Positions 23,031 to 40,155 of a stretch of 64,000 nt of DNA are shown in pieces. The DNA is from the human T2T-CHM13v2.0 reference genome, Homo sapiens, in the NCBI RefSeq assembly GCF_009914755.1, contig NC_060938.1; one strand, 5' to 3'. Under the pieces are notes generated by a model. The model was not told the origin of the DNA and did no database searches. It saw only the letters and a list, made by a program, of their open reading frames with translations. How positions within the stretch are numbered: position 1 is the stretch's first letter; every line of letters starts with the position of its first letter. The position numbers and the translations under genes are program-made.

Positions 23031-23782
23031 TGTATTTGTTATCTCTTGCTGTGTAACGAGTTATCTCAAAACTCAATGGCTTGAAAACATTTATTATGTC
23101 ACAATTTCTATGGGTTAGTAATCCAAGTGCAGATTCCATGAGTTCTCCAGCACAGTGTCTTTTTAAAAGGCTGTGATCAAGATGTTGACTCGGATTATGG
23201 TTTCGTCTGAAGTCTCAGCTGGGGAAAAGTCTACTCCCAAACTTACTTGTGTGACTGTTGGCTGGATTCAGCTCCTTAGGGGCCGTTGGAATGGTGGACT
23301 CGGTTCTTCGTTGGCTGTTTGCCAGAGGCCATTCTTAGTTATTTATGACACGTGTCTCTCCATATCGCAGCTCATAATATGGCAGGTTTTTTTTTTTTTT
23401 TTTTTTTTATCAGAGTGACAACAGGCAGAGAAGGAAGATGGGTGGTAGTAGTCTTAGTGTTTTATAACCTAATTTTGGACATTTTTTTCTTTATTATACT
23501 TTAAGTTCTAGGGTACATGTGCACAACGTGCAGGTTTGTTACATAGGTATACATGTGCCATGTTGTTTTGCTGTACCCATCAACTTGTCATTTACATTAG
23601 GTATTTCTCCTAATGCTATCCCTCCCCCAGCCCAATTTTGGACATATTATCCCATCCCTTTTGATAGTAAGAAGTCACTAGGTCCACCCCTCACTCAAGG
23701 TGAGGGATTTACACAAAGATGTGAATACCAAGATCCAGAATTCAGAAAATCTTTGTGGGCCATTTTGGAAGCCATCTACCAC
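23031..23782 (-). mobile_element. MLT1-family MaLR LTR, interrupted by an L1 fragment
   Basis: tgtatttgttatctcttgctgtgtaacgag...ctcaaaactcaatggcttgaaaac ... ccattttggaagccatctaccaca. Confidence 0.65.
23483..23633 (-). mobile_element. Very short (~150 bp) L1PA6/7-like 3' end
   Basis: L1PA 3' terminus; perfect TSD AATTTTGGACAT 23471-23482 / 23634-23645. Confidence 0.92.
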
Positions 23783-24824
23783 ACAGCTCTACTTCTACTA
23801 GCCAGGGGTTTCTGAGTGTTTTTTTTTTATAATTTCCCTGTACCCTAGAACTCCTTTAAACTTGGTCCTTTTGGAAATACATTTTCCTTAAATTGTCCTA
23901 TGTATATCATCTGTTTACCAATAAAACCCTAACGAATGCAAGTATTATCCCACAAGCAAAGGGAAGCGATTGAGACTCTGCGTTTCTTGATAAGGGAATT
24001 CTTCATGAAAGGGTTTGAAGCAGGGGAGTCATTTGTCCAAAGTGGAGGATGGGATCTGAAATGGGGAAGTCAATGTGGAGAAGATTCAGTGTGGAGGTCA
24101 ATGGGTGATCGATGTGGAAGGGTTCGGTGTGGAGGGAGAGTGTTGGAGAAGTGGTAGGATTGGAGGTAGGAGGACAGTTTAGAGATTGAACAGGAATCCA
24201 GGTGAGGAAAAATGATGCCCAAATCAGTGGCAGTGGTAATACAGATGGGAGGATGTGTTTGAGAGATGTTTAGGAGGTTCAGGCAACAGAATTTGGGGGC
24301 TGAGAAGACGTAGGGAGAATTTGAGAATAATGAGGAGGAATGAGGAGTCTTTTCCCTAGGCTATATCTGTGATTCTCAGAAAGTCTCCTGGGATAAACTT
24401 TTGAAGCAAATAGCTGTAGAACTGGATTGCCTGCCCCTCTCTTCCCTGTATGTAGATAAATTGAGAGAGCCCAAGACAGAGTCTGTAAATGGACCAGGAT
24501 ATCTGGGTATTTGTTCTGGCTGCCCCACTCCACTAGCTCATTTATGGCCATGCGTAAGTTGTTCCTACTTTTTGTTAAGTCTAGTTCTTTAATTTGTGAA
24601 GTAAGGGGTTAGCTATGCTGGGTGATCTCTAAAGCATTTTTTTAGATCTAACATTCTAGGTCTTTTGTAATCTAAAATAGAGAAACCCACATTTTATTAT
24701 TTTACTACTTCATAGCCTCCTTTACTTTATTTTTAATTTTCTTTAAAAAGTGAACCGAGCCAAAACTTTAAAAACAGGTAAGTCAGAATGTTTAAAACAA
24801 ATGGCTTTTGGTCTTCAGCACTTA

Positions 24825-25163
<339 letters not shown>

Positions 25164-26333
25164 CTAACTTCAGAAAGTGTTCAGGGTAACTAATTTAATT
25201 GTTCAGTCTACATTTTAAGATTCCTTTCATTAAATTTTTTGAAGCTTTTTTTATTGCCTTAGGAAAAAACTGTTCTGTTTTCCTTTTCCCCCAGGATTAG
25301 ACTTGCTGGAAGAAAAGCTCCCCCATCACATTATCTTGGTTGGCAGGAGACAGGCATGCAGGCAAGTCCCAGACCAGTGGTATCAGTGTCCACAGATGAA
25401 AGGGATGGTATTTTTAGTGTGGGGAATAGCTCAGTGTGGTTTCATATGATGCATTTTGATGAGTATAACTTTCTAATTTGAAAAGCCTTTGGTGTGTTTA
25501 CGTCTTCATTTAATCTTTCCAATTTCTCCCCCTCATTTCATTTCAAGGAGTCTAAGATTTTTCATTTTGGCAGGCAGTTGATCACTCTTGTTATTGACAC
25601 TCCTTTGCAGTATTCTTACACTGTGGAGAACCTGAATGGCTGTAAATTCCCTATTGGCAGGATTTTGGAGAAAAAAAAATAAAAGCGAATAGATACCTGT
25701 GAAAGAAAAAATAAATACATTTTAAAATAATTGGAGGATAGAAGGATTACTTTTAAAAGTTCTGTTAGTTTGCCAGTACAGAGCAAAACAGAAAATGGAC
25801 ACATTTTTTTGATCAGCATTCTCTGTTCTAAAAACTTATTTCAATAAGGGAAAGAATATGCAAAGACATATATATAGATATAGACATACACCCACTCCAA
25901 AAGAATAGTGATATCTTTCTGGTAAATAATATCCAAAGTTTGGAAAGAAATCAAATATCCATTGAAAGGAAACTAATTTTAGGGGGATAGGATTCACATT
26001 TGGAATGATCTCATAGTTAGTTTACTGGATTTCTGTTCTGGTCAACCTAATAATTGTCTTGAAAGTGAGATGGCTACTGACATTCTAGGGTATGGTTAGG
26101 GAGAATATTCTTTATTTTTAAAACCCTACAAGATTTTTTCATTTTTTAAAATAAAATGTCTTATTTGTTAAATATGATGGTTATGTAGGTTTACTCAAAA
26201 GTGATTTTTTCCATTGCTCTTTATTATTTTCTGCATCTCTGTGCTTACAGCTGAAATAATTTTTAGTATTTTCTTTAGTGCAGGTCTGCTGAAGATAAAT
26301 TCTCTCAGTTCTTGTTTGTCTAAAATATCTTTG

Positions 26334-26640
26334 GGCCAGGCACGTTGGCTTACGCCTGTAATCCCAGCACTTGGGAGGCCGAGGCAGGAAGATCACTTGG
26401 CCCAAGAGTTTGAGGCCAGTCTGGGTAACATAGGGAGACAACATCTCTACAAAAAGAAAGAAATAAAATAAAAAAAAATTAGCTGTGCATGTTAGTACAT
26501 GCCTGTAGTCCCAGCTACTCAGGAGGTGGAGGTGGGGGAATCACTTGAGCCTGGGAGGTCAAGGCTGCAGTGGGCCATGATTGTGCCACCACACTCTAGC
26601 CTGGGCAACAGAGTGAGGCATGGTTTCAAAGACAAAAAGA
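26334..26640 (+). mobile_element. AluJ (Jo-like)
   Basis: gaggtcaaggctgcagtgggccatgattgtgccac; extended middle A tract. Confidence 0.88.
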
Positions 26641-26943
26641 AAGTCTTTGTTTCATCTTCATTTTGTGAAGGGTGTTTTTTCTAGATTTAGAATTCTAGAT
26701 TGTCGGTTATTTTATTTATCATAACTGTCATTGTCTCTTGGCTTTCATTGTTTCTGTTGGGCAGTTGGCTGTAAGTTTGATTATTCCTCCTTCGAATGTA
26801 ATCTGTTTTTTCCTTTGGCTGCTTTTAAGATTTATTTCACTTTGGTTTTAGCAGTTTTATTATAAGGTGTGATTTTCTTTTTAATTTATTCTCCTTAGAG
26901 CTTATGAGACTTCTTTTTATTTGGTTGGTGCTTGGGGATTCTT

Positions 26944-27230
<287 letters not shown>

Positions 27231-27952
27231 GTGCTTGGGAATTCTTAACCATTAACTTTTCAAATATTGTTTATGCCTAGTTTTCTCATTTCTCTCTTCT
27301 TGGGATTGTGTTCATATGTTAGGACCTTTTTCCTCTAGATTTCATGTGTTTCTTATGCTCTTTTCTGTATTTTTTATTCCTTTGTCATTTTGTGCTTCAA
27401 CATGGATATTTTCTACCGACTTATCCTCCAGTTCACTAATTCTCTCTTCAATATATTAGATAATCTGTGGTTAAAGTCATCCCATTGAATTTGTAACCTT
27501 AGTTATTGATTTTTTAAGTTCTAAAATTTTCATTTAATTTTCTTTTTATAGTTTCTAGTTTTCTGCTAAACTTCTCTATTTTGTCATTTAATTCCTAAAC
27601 TTATTAATCATAATTGTTTCAAAGTCCATATCTGATACTTTAAAGTCTTTATCACTTGCTGGACTGTTTCTACTAACCTTTTCTTTCTTTTTTTTCTTTT
27701 TTTTTTGTTCTTCTGTTTATTTATTTTATTTTTTATTTTTTTTAATTATTATACTTTAAGTTTTAGGGTACATGTGCACATTGTGCAGGTTAGTTACATA
27801 TGTATACATGTGCCATGCTGGTGCGCTGCACCCACTAACTCGTCATCTAGCATTAGGTATATCTCCCAATGCTATCCCTCCCCCCTCCCCCCACCCCACA
27901 ACAGTCCCCAGAGTGTGATGTTCCCCTTCCTGTGTCCATGTGATCTCATTGT

Positions 27953-31776
<3,824 letters not shown>

Positions 31777-31839
31777 TATGATGTTAGCTGGTGATTTTGC
31801 TCGTTAGTTGATGCAGTTTCTTCCTAGTCTCGATGGTCT

Positions 31840-32856
31840 TTACATTTTGGTATGATTTTGCAGCGGCTGGTACCGGTTGTTCTTTTCCATGTTTAGCACT
31901 TCCTTCAGGAGCTCTTTTAGGGCAGGCCTGGTGGTGACAAAATCTCTCAGCATTTGCTTGTCTGTAAAGTATTTTATTTCTCCTTCACTTATGAAGCTTA
32001 GTTTGGCTGGATATGAAATTCTGGATTGAAAATTCTTTTCTTTAAGAATGTTGAATATTGGCCCCCACTCTCTTCTGGCTTGTAGGGTTTCTGCTGAGAG
32101 ATCCGGTGTTAGTCTGATGGGCTTCCCTTTGAGGGTAACCCGACCTTTCTCTCTGGCTGCCCTTAACATTTTTTCCTTCATTTCAACTTTGGTGAATCTG
32201 ACAATTATGTGTCTTGGAGTTGCTCTTCTCGAGGAGTATCTTTGTGGCGTTCTCTGTATTTCCTGAATCTGAAAGTTGGCCTGCCTTGCTAGATTGGGGA
32301 AGTTCTCCTGGATAATACCCTGCAGAGTGTTTTCCAACTTGGTTCCATTCTCCCCATCACTTTCAGGTACACCAATCAGACGTAGATTTGGTCTTTTCAC
32401 ATAGTCCCATATTTCTTGGAGGCTTTGCTCATTTCTTTTTATTCTTTTTTCTCTAAACTTCCCTTCTCACTTCATTTCATTCATTTCATCTTCCATTGCT
32501 GATACCCTTTCTTCCAGTTGATCGCATCGGCTCCTGAGGCTTCTGCATTCTTCACATAGTTGTCGAGCCTTGGTTTTCAGCTCCATCAGCTCCTTTAAGC
32601 ACTTCTCTGTATTGGTTATTCTAGTTATACATTCTTCTAAATTTTTTTCAAAGTTTTCAACTTCTTTGCCTTTGGTTTGAATGTCCTCCCGTAGCTCAGA
32701 GTAATTTGATCGTCTGAAGCCTTCTTCTCTCAGCTCATCAAAGTCATTCTCCGTCCAGCTTTGTTCCGTTGCTGGTGAGGAACTGCTTCCCTTTGGAGGA
32801 GGAGAGGCGCTCTGCTTTTTAGAGTTTCCCGTTTTTCTATTCTGTTTTTTCCCCAT
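31840..32856 (-). pseudogene. L1 ORF1, disrupted by a premature stop after codon 129
   Basis: MGKKQNRKTGNSKKQSASPPPK...EMNEMK*; resumes KRPNLRLIGVPE...QPLQNHTKM. Confidence 0.95.
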
Positions 32857-33019
32857 CTTTGTGGTTTTATCTGCTTTTGGTGTTTGATGATGGTGATGTA
32901 CAGATGTTTTTGGTGTGGGTGTCCTTTCTGTTTGTTAGTTTTCCTTCTAACAGACAGGACCCTCAGCTGCAGGTCTGTTGGAGTACCCGGCCGTGTGAGG
33001 TGTCAGTGTGCCCCTGCTG

Positions 33020-33071
33020 GGGGGTGCCTCCCAGTTAGGCTGCTTGGGGGTGCCTCCCAGTTAGGCTGCTC
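33020..33071 (+). repeat. 26-bp tandem duplication in the L1 5'UTR
   Basis: GGGGGTGCCTCCCAGTTAGGCTGCT(T/C) twice. Confidence 0.93.
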
Positions 33072-33149
33072 GGGGGTCAGGGGTCAGGGACCTACTTGAG
33101 GAGGCAGTCTGCCCGTTCTCAGATCTCCAGCTGCGTGCTGGGAGAACCA

Positions 33150-33420
33150 CTGCTCTCTTCAAAGCTGTCAGACAGGGACATTTAAGTCTGCAGAGGTTAC
33201 TGCTGTCTTTTTGTTTGTCTGTGCCCTGCCCCCAGAGGTGGAGCCTACAGAGGCAGGCAGGCCTCCTTGAGCTGTGGTGGGCTCCACCCAGTTCGAGCTT
33301 CCCGGCTGCTTTGTTTACCTAAGCAAGCCTGGGCAATGGTGGGCACCCCTCCCCCAGCCTCGCTGCCGCCTTGCAGTTTGATCTCAGACTGCTGTGCTAG
33401 CCATCAGCGAGACTCCGTGG
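33150..33420 (+). promoter_or_regulatory. L1 antisense promoter region, oriented along RGS6
   Basis: Corresponds to roughly nt 370-640 of an intact L1PA 5'UTR, where the antisense promoter is known to lie; activity cannot be read from sequence. Confidence 0.65.
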
Positions 33421-33644
33421 GCGTAGGACCCTCCGAGCCAGGTGTGGGATATAATCTCGTGGTGCGCCGTTTTTTAAGCCCGTCGGAAAAGCGCAGTATT
33501 CGGGTGGGAGTGACCCGATTTTCCAGGTGCCCTCCGTCACCCCTTTCTTTGACTAGGAAAGGGAACTCCCTGACCCCTTGCGCTTCCCGAGTGAGGCAAC
33601 GCCTCGCCCTGCTTCGGCTGGCGCATGGTGCGTGCACCCACTGA
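33336..33644 (+). CDS. L1 ORF0 (antisense 5'UTR ORF), open, 102 aa unspliced; expression not shown
   Basis: gcaATGg Kozak at 33336; MVGTPPPASLPPCSLISDCCASHQRDSVGVGPSEPG...; donors CAG|GTGTGG after ORF nt 106 (33441) and CAG|GTGCCC after nt 191 (33526). Confidence 0.7.
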   Translation: MVGTPPPASLPPCSLISDCCASHQRDSVGVGPSEPGVGYNLVVRRFLSPSEKRSIRVGVTRFSRCPPSPLSLTRKGNSLTPCASRVRQRLALLRLAHGACTH

Positions 33645-34875
33645 CCTGCGCCCAGTGTCTGGCACTCCCTAGTGAGATGAACCCGGTACCTCAGATGGAA
33701 ATGCAGAAATCACCCGTCTTCTGCGTCGCTCAGGCTGGGAGCTGTAGACTGGAGCTGTTCCTATTTGGCCATCTTGGCTCCTCCCTCCTTCTGTTTATTT
33801 TTTATTAAGTTCTGGGCATTATACAAATAATATAGAAGACATCATTTACGGCTCTAGGACAATGTTACGTTACTTCTGAGAGAACTTAACTATTTTTTTC
33901 TTTTATGTCAGTCAAAATAGGAATGGATTACCTTAATCAAGTCAGACACAAAGATTACTTGTAGCTGGACTTCAGTTCTTCTTAGGGCTAGATATATTTC
34001 TAGATCTCCTTTACTCTCTGTAGGGAGCCCTTCTGGTTCCAACCAAAACCCTGGGTGCCCCTCCTCCTTGGAGGACTCTGACCTCTAATTTTTGTCCTTT
34101 AAACTCTGTGACACTGCCAAAAGCTCTGTTCAGCTTCTTGATCATGCCTTTTGTTTAAGAAATTGACAATGCTCTTGAGAAGAACAAGCAGCTCCAATTG
34201 CTGGGCTCATCTTCTTAGTTTTCTTCTTTCAGGTCATGGCCTCACAAACTCTTACTGTCTTGGTTGCTTTTCAATGCCCTCAAACATGTTTAACAAAATG
34301 TTTTTCAGCATTTCCAGTTGCTCTTATCAGGAGGGTGTTTCTGAAACATCTAGTTAGCCATTGTCAGAAGTAGAACCCCAGAACATTGGCCTTGAGAGAA
34401 GGTGGATCCATCTTTTATAGCCTTGGTTTGCTCTTAAAATGTTTTAGAAAAGACATATCCTGAGTGTCTTAGTGGTCTAGCGTGATGGTGGTAGAGGTGA
34501 AGAAAAGTGAAACTTCCAGTATATTTAAAAAGTGGAATTAACCCGTTATTAGTTTTAGATGGAGATGAGAGAGGAGGATTCAGGGCTAATGGCCAGGATC
34601 TGGACTGGGCATCTGGATGTCCAGTCACTAGGATAAGTGGTTGGGTTAGTGACACTGGAGCCTCAAGTCACCACAGTAACAGAATGACATTCACCACAGC
34701 CTAGTTATGTAAAACTCTGGACAGAGGGAATAAATCCAGGCAAATACCTCTACGTATGAAATGGACCTGAAAAGAAGCTTTACCTGGAGGAAACCTTACC
34801 TGACTCCAGAGACCTTTTTGGTTTAGAAAACAGGAAGTAACTTGTATCTGTCAGTATGACACTTTTGAACATTTC

Positions 34876-35338
34876 TGTATTAGTTTGCTAAGGTGCTGTA
34901 ACAAAGTCCCACAAACTATGGCTTAAGACAACAGGAATATATTCTGTCACAGTTCAGGAGGATAGAAATCTGAAATCAAGGACTGGGCAGGGCTACGCTC
35001 CATTTGAAGGCTTAGGGAAGTCCCCTTTCTTGCCTCTTCCAGGCTTTCTGTGGCTGCTGGAGATCCTTGGTGTTCCTTGGCTTGCAGCAGCATCACCCTG
35101 GTCTTCGCCTTTGTCCTACCTCACCTTCCTCATGTGCCTACCTCTGTGTTTCACATGGCCTTATAAGGACACTAGTTGTGGGATTTAGGCCTACATCCCC
35201 ATACCCCCAATTGATTGTGACCTCATCTTAATGAATTACATCTCAAAGACCCTAATTTCCAAATGAACTTACATACGCAAGTCCCAGGGCTTAGGACTAC
35301 AAAATATCTTTTTGACAGACACAACTCAATCCACAACA
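34876..35338 (-). mobile_element. MLT1B/C MaLR solo LTR
   Basis: tgtattagtttgctaagg...caactcaatccacaaca; perfect TSD ATTTC. Confidence 0.85.
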
Positions 35339-35831
35339 ATTTCTAGTTTATCACCGCGTGAAGCTTAGTGCTCTCTGCAAAGATCAAATGAACAAGTAGT
35401 GTACTTATTGAGCTGTTGCTTCTGACAAAGCACTGTGTGGGGAATAAAAAGTAGCGTGGCACACAGTCTCTGTCCTAGACAACTTTACTGTCCAACTGGG
35501 GAGACCAAGAGTGATGCAGAACTCAGGAGGAAAATAAGCTTTGGTTGGCCACCTACCATTTACCAGATACTGCAGTGGGGGCTATACATATATTGAGCCA
35601 TTTAATCATCAGAATAGCTTGCTAGGTAAGTGGTATTCACCCTATATTACAGATAAGGGAACTGAGGGTCAGAAGGAGTAAATAACTAGTATTAAGTGGT
35701 GCTATCAGAATTTGAATCTAGATTTGTTGTATTCTAAAGCCTGTGGTTTTGGGGAAGAAACTGAATTATGTTAAAAAAAAAAAAAACAAAACAAAGCTGT
35801 TAGAAATTAACCATAAGAGAGTTAGTGTGAG

Positions 35832-35973
35832 AGCTGGGTGTGGTGGCTTGCATCTGTAGTCCTAGCTACTGAGGAGGCTGAGATGGGAGGATCCCTTGAG
35901 CCCAGGAGTTTGAGACCAGCCCGTGCAATATAGTGAGACCCTGTCTCAAAAAGAAAAAAAAAAAAAAAAAAAA
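35832..35973 (+). mobile_element. FLAM monomeric Alu
   Basis: Single arm plus long A tail. Confidence 0.85.
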
Positions 35974-36572
35974 GTTGGTGTGGACAAGGAAGGCTTATTG
36001 AGGAAGAAGAAATTTGAAGAGAAATCATCTGAACTGTGTTTTTAAGAAAGGGTAGGAGTTGGCTGGTGGAAAAGAGCCAAAAACTGATTCCAGGTGATGG
36101 GAGCTACGTGAACCAAGGCAAGGGGATAGAATATATCAGATGTATTTAGGAGAAAATATATTTTATAACACTATATATAAGATACGTGCTTTATATAATT
36201 ATAGCCTCATTCTTCATATGGAGACCTTGAAGTAAGAAAACAAACATTTTTAGCTCTGTGTCTCACATGGTAAGGTATTGGTAAAGCTGAGCCTTCTGCC
36301 AATGAATTTTTTTTCCATTCCTCTTCAGAAATAATCGCTTTCCATTTAAAAAGTAATAATTCAATTTAGAAAGAATCAAAATATAAAGTAGAGAAAAAAT
36401 CTCACATATTCCTATCATGCAAATATGACTAAAGTTAACATTTTGGTCTCTTCCTCCCAGTCCTTGAATATGTATCAGTAGTATACATAACACATTAACC
36501 TAGAGAGTAATCATAGTGTATGTGCTATTTTGTGCTTTTCTACCATAACCTAAGCACTAATCTGTGCCATAA

Positions 36573-36899
<327 letters not shown>

Positions 36900-37840
36900 A
36901 TCATAGTTTTAAAGGTTGAATAATATTCTAAGTAGATAATGTACCATGATTTACTTATTTAGGGTTTGTTATTAATAGCAAATTAAAAAATTCCTAGGTC
37001 AAAATGCATGACCTGTGTTACAACTCCTATTATATATATGGTTTTCTGGAAGGTCAATATTGATTTTGGCATATATAGACTGGGCTTCTCTGGGTTGTTG
37101 TAAAAGTTCTATGTCATTGAACTACAGAAAGAGGGTGAGGGGATTTCTAACAATTAGGGCCAGTGTTTTCTTCACCTCTAAACCGCATCCCCATCCTAGT
37201 GTCTGCTTGGCTTTGCAACACCATCCTTATCGTGAGAGCTTTGTTGATGCCTGGGGATATTCAGAAATTTTCGACTTGGAACCCTTCCAAGACATTTGCT
37301 ATTTTATTCTCTATTTGTTTTTCTTAAGCAACTAACTAAATAAGAATAACATTTCAACCTCTTTCTACTCCCCACAGCATTTTTTCCTGCCTGCACCACC
37401 TCTGCCTACAGTTTAACCATGGGGTTGCTTCTTATATTTTAAAGCTAAATACAAAAGCACAGTTCTGAGAAGCAGCCAAGTTCTGCAGCCAAGTTTGAAG
37501 AATAAAACTTTAAAACAGCTCTTCTGTCACACACTTGAGAGGGGAGGCAGGCTTTGCTATAAATAAGTCACATTCCATTTCTATCTCATCCTTTGCAGTC
37601 CTCTTGGGTAATGCTTTTTGTATATGACTACAGTGTTCTCGAACTGCCCACTCACCCCTTTCAACCTTCCATTTTGTGCCTCACTTTATTTAAATGTTCA
37701 ATAGTTTTGGAGTTTAGGGACCCTGCATGAAAGGAGTAGACCTTTCCTTTCATTCTTCAGGCTTAGATGTAATGAGATTCAGTGGCTAACTTATTAGAAA
37801 CTATACTTTCTCTTTGTCTGTAACGTTTTCAGCAGCTGCC

Positions 37841-38606
37841 TGGATTAGTTTCCTATTGCTGCCATAACAAATTGCCACAAATGTAATGGCTTAAAACAAG
37901 GCCAGGCACAGTGGTGCATGCCTGTAATTCCAGCACTTTGGGAGGCTGAGATGGGATTGCTTGAGCTCAGGAGTTCAAGACCAGCCTGGCCAACATGATG
38001 AGACCCCATCTCTATTTAAAAAAAAAAAAATACAAAAGTTGTCTGGGTGTGGTGGCGTGCACCTGTAATCCCAACTACTCAGGAGGCTGAAGTGGGAGGA
38101 TCACCTGAGCCTGGGGAGCTCAAGGCTGCAGTGAGCCATGATCGTGCCACCGCATTGCAACCTGGGTGACAGAGTGAGACCCTGTCTCAAAAAACAAAAA
38201 ACCAAGAAACCCCACAAATGCATTTTCTTATAATTCTAGAAATCAGGAGTGAAAAATGATTTGGCAGAGCTGCATGCCCTCAGGGGGCTCTAGGAGAATT
38301 CATTTCCTCCCCTTTTCCAGCTTCTAGAGGCTGCCTACATTCCCTAAGTCATAGCCCCAGATCAGTCCCACCTCTACTCTTGGCATCATATCTCCTTCTC
38401 CAACTCTGACCTTCCTTTCTCTCTCTTATAGGACCCCCGGTGATTACATGGAGCCCACACACATAATCCAGGGGTACCTCCCCATCTCAGAGTCCTTAAC
38501 TTAGTCCCACCTGCAGAGTCTCTTTTGCCAAGTCAAATAACATATTTATAGGTTTGTGGGATTAGGGTGTGGACATCTTTGGAGGGCCGTTATTCTACTT
38601 ATCACA
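37841..38606 (-). mobile_element. MLT1C/D LTR interrupted by AluJ
   Basis: attagtttcctattgctgccataacaaattgccacaaa ... gattagggtgtggacatctttggagggccgttattctacttatcaca. Confidence 0.8.
37900..38200 (+). mobile_element. AluJ
   Basis: caaggctgcagtgagccatgatcgtgccac. Confidence 0.9.
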
Positions 38607-38997
38607 CTGTCTTAGAAAAGGAAAGGAAAATAATTTTGGAATTTTTGTCTTTTTCATAGCTAGGGAGGAGGTACGCTGAAGTTTTGTTTTTCCTTCCTGT
38701 ATTTGTGATGGTTGATATGTGGCAATCTAAACTAAGTCTGGGATGTCTGTTTGTATTGGCTGAAGTTCATTGGAGGGCAGAAAAGAGGAGAGTTTCAGAG
38801 ACTGGCAGTGAGGATGGGAGGGTGGCTTAAAGACCTTCACAACCTGCTCACTGGGTGCTCCTGTTAGGCCCCACAAACAAGCCCATGCCATCGAGGAGAA
38901 GTGACCAAGCAGATACATTCAAAATGAATAAAAGGAAGACCTCATTTACTGTAGTCCCATGCAGTGTGGCTTCCTTATAGGACTATTTGTCTCTAAT

Positions 38998-39299
38998 TAT
39001 TTTATTTATTTTTTATTTTTTCAGAGAGAGTCTCACTCTGTTCCCCAGGCTGGAGTGTAATGGTGTGATCTTGGCTCACTCAGCCTTGACCTCTGGGGCT
39101 TGATCCTCCCGTCTCAGCCTTCCCATAGCTGGGACTACAGGCATGCACCACCACACCTGGCTAATTTTTAAACTTTTTTGTAGAGACAGGGTCTCACTGT
39201 GCTGCGCAGGCTGGGCTTGAACTCCTGGGCTCAAGTATATCCTCCCTCCTCAGCCTCCCAACATGCTGAGATTACAGATGTGAGCCACCATGCTTGAAC
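38998..39299 (-). mobile_element. AluJ
   Basis: Antisense dimer with ctcctgggctcaag. Confidence 0.88.
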
Positions 39300-39814
39300 T
39301 ATATTTTAAAAAAATATTAATTATGATACTAAACAATACAGTGAATAAATAACCTTCTCATGACTGTCCATCTGGCATAGTAGAAGACTTTATGTGCTTT
39401 TTTCAAACAATGAGAGAAAGTGCTGGCATATCGCACTTCCCTTAGCTTGAGAGACATGTGCCAATCTGCTTGTTGACTCTGCCAAGGCCTCTCTTTCCGT
39501 CATTTTCCATGTTCTGGTCAGGATTTGTGACATATAGTGGCTGACAAAAGGCACACAAGTGATAGTGTTGGTGGCCAATCTGCCAGGGAAGAGTCTGACC
39601 CTGGGCGCTAATGTGACTCAAGGTAGATGAGCCCTTCGAGGAGCTAGTCAAGGAAACAGATGATAAAGTCTAACTATCAGTGAGCGAGCAGGGGGAGAGC
39701 ATTTTCTTTCTGAAGGGAGTTATTACTGTCATTAACTTCATTGCGTTGCTGGGAAGGAGGGGTCAGTAGTTGAAACAAAAGTCTCCTATGGCTGATGACA
39801 TGTTACAACTTTAG

Positions 39815-40155
39815 GACAGTTGTCAGCAAGCAACTTGCTGTTGGGCCTAATCTGTCCCCATGCCTTTGATCCCTTGAGCCTCAGGATGGTTTCTACATTT
39901 TGCAATGGTTGAAAAACTTTAAAAGAGAAGCCATATTTTGTGACATGTGAACATTATGTGAAATTCAAATTTCAGTATCTGTATATCAAGTTTTATTGAA
40001 ACACAGCCACATCATTTGTTTATGAATTATCTATGGCTTTTTTTTTTGAGCTACCACGGAGGAGTTGAGTGGTTGTGACAGAGACTGTCCGTATGACCGG
40101 TGAAGCCTAAAATATTTACTAACTGGCTTTTTACAGAGAAGTTTGCAGCTTCTGT
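39815..40155 (-). mobile_element. MER58B-like DNA transposon
   Basis: aaattcaaatttcagt...gttttattgaaacacagcca...gcctaaaatatttact...ttttacagagaagtttgc. Confidence 0.75.

Noticed and set aside
22606-23118. 170-aa ORF with a repeated ADYFPLLGPDILF motif
   Set aside because: The repeat comes from the 63-bp DNA duplication; the ORF crosses old repeat boundaries and has no recognisable domain
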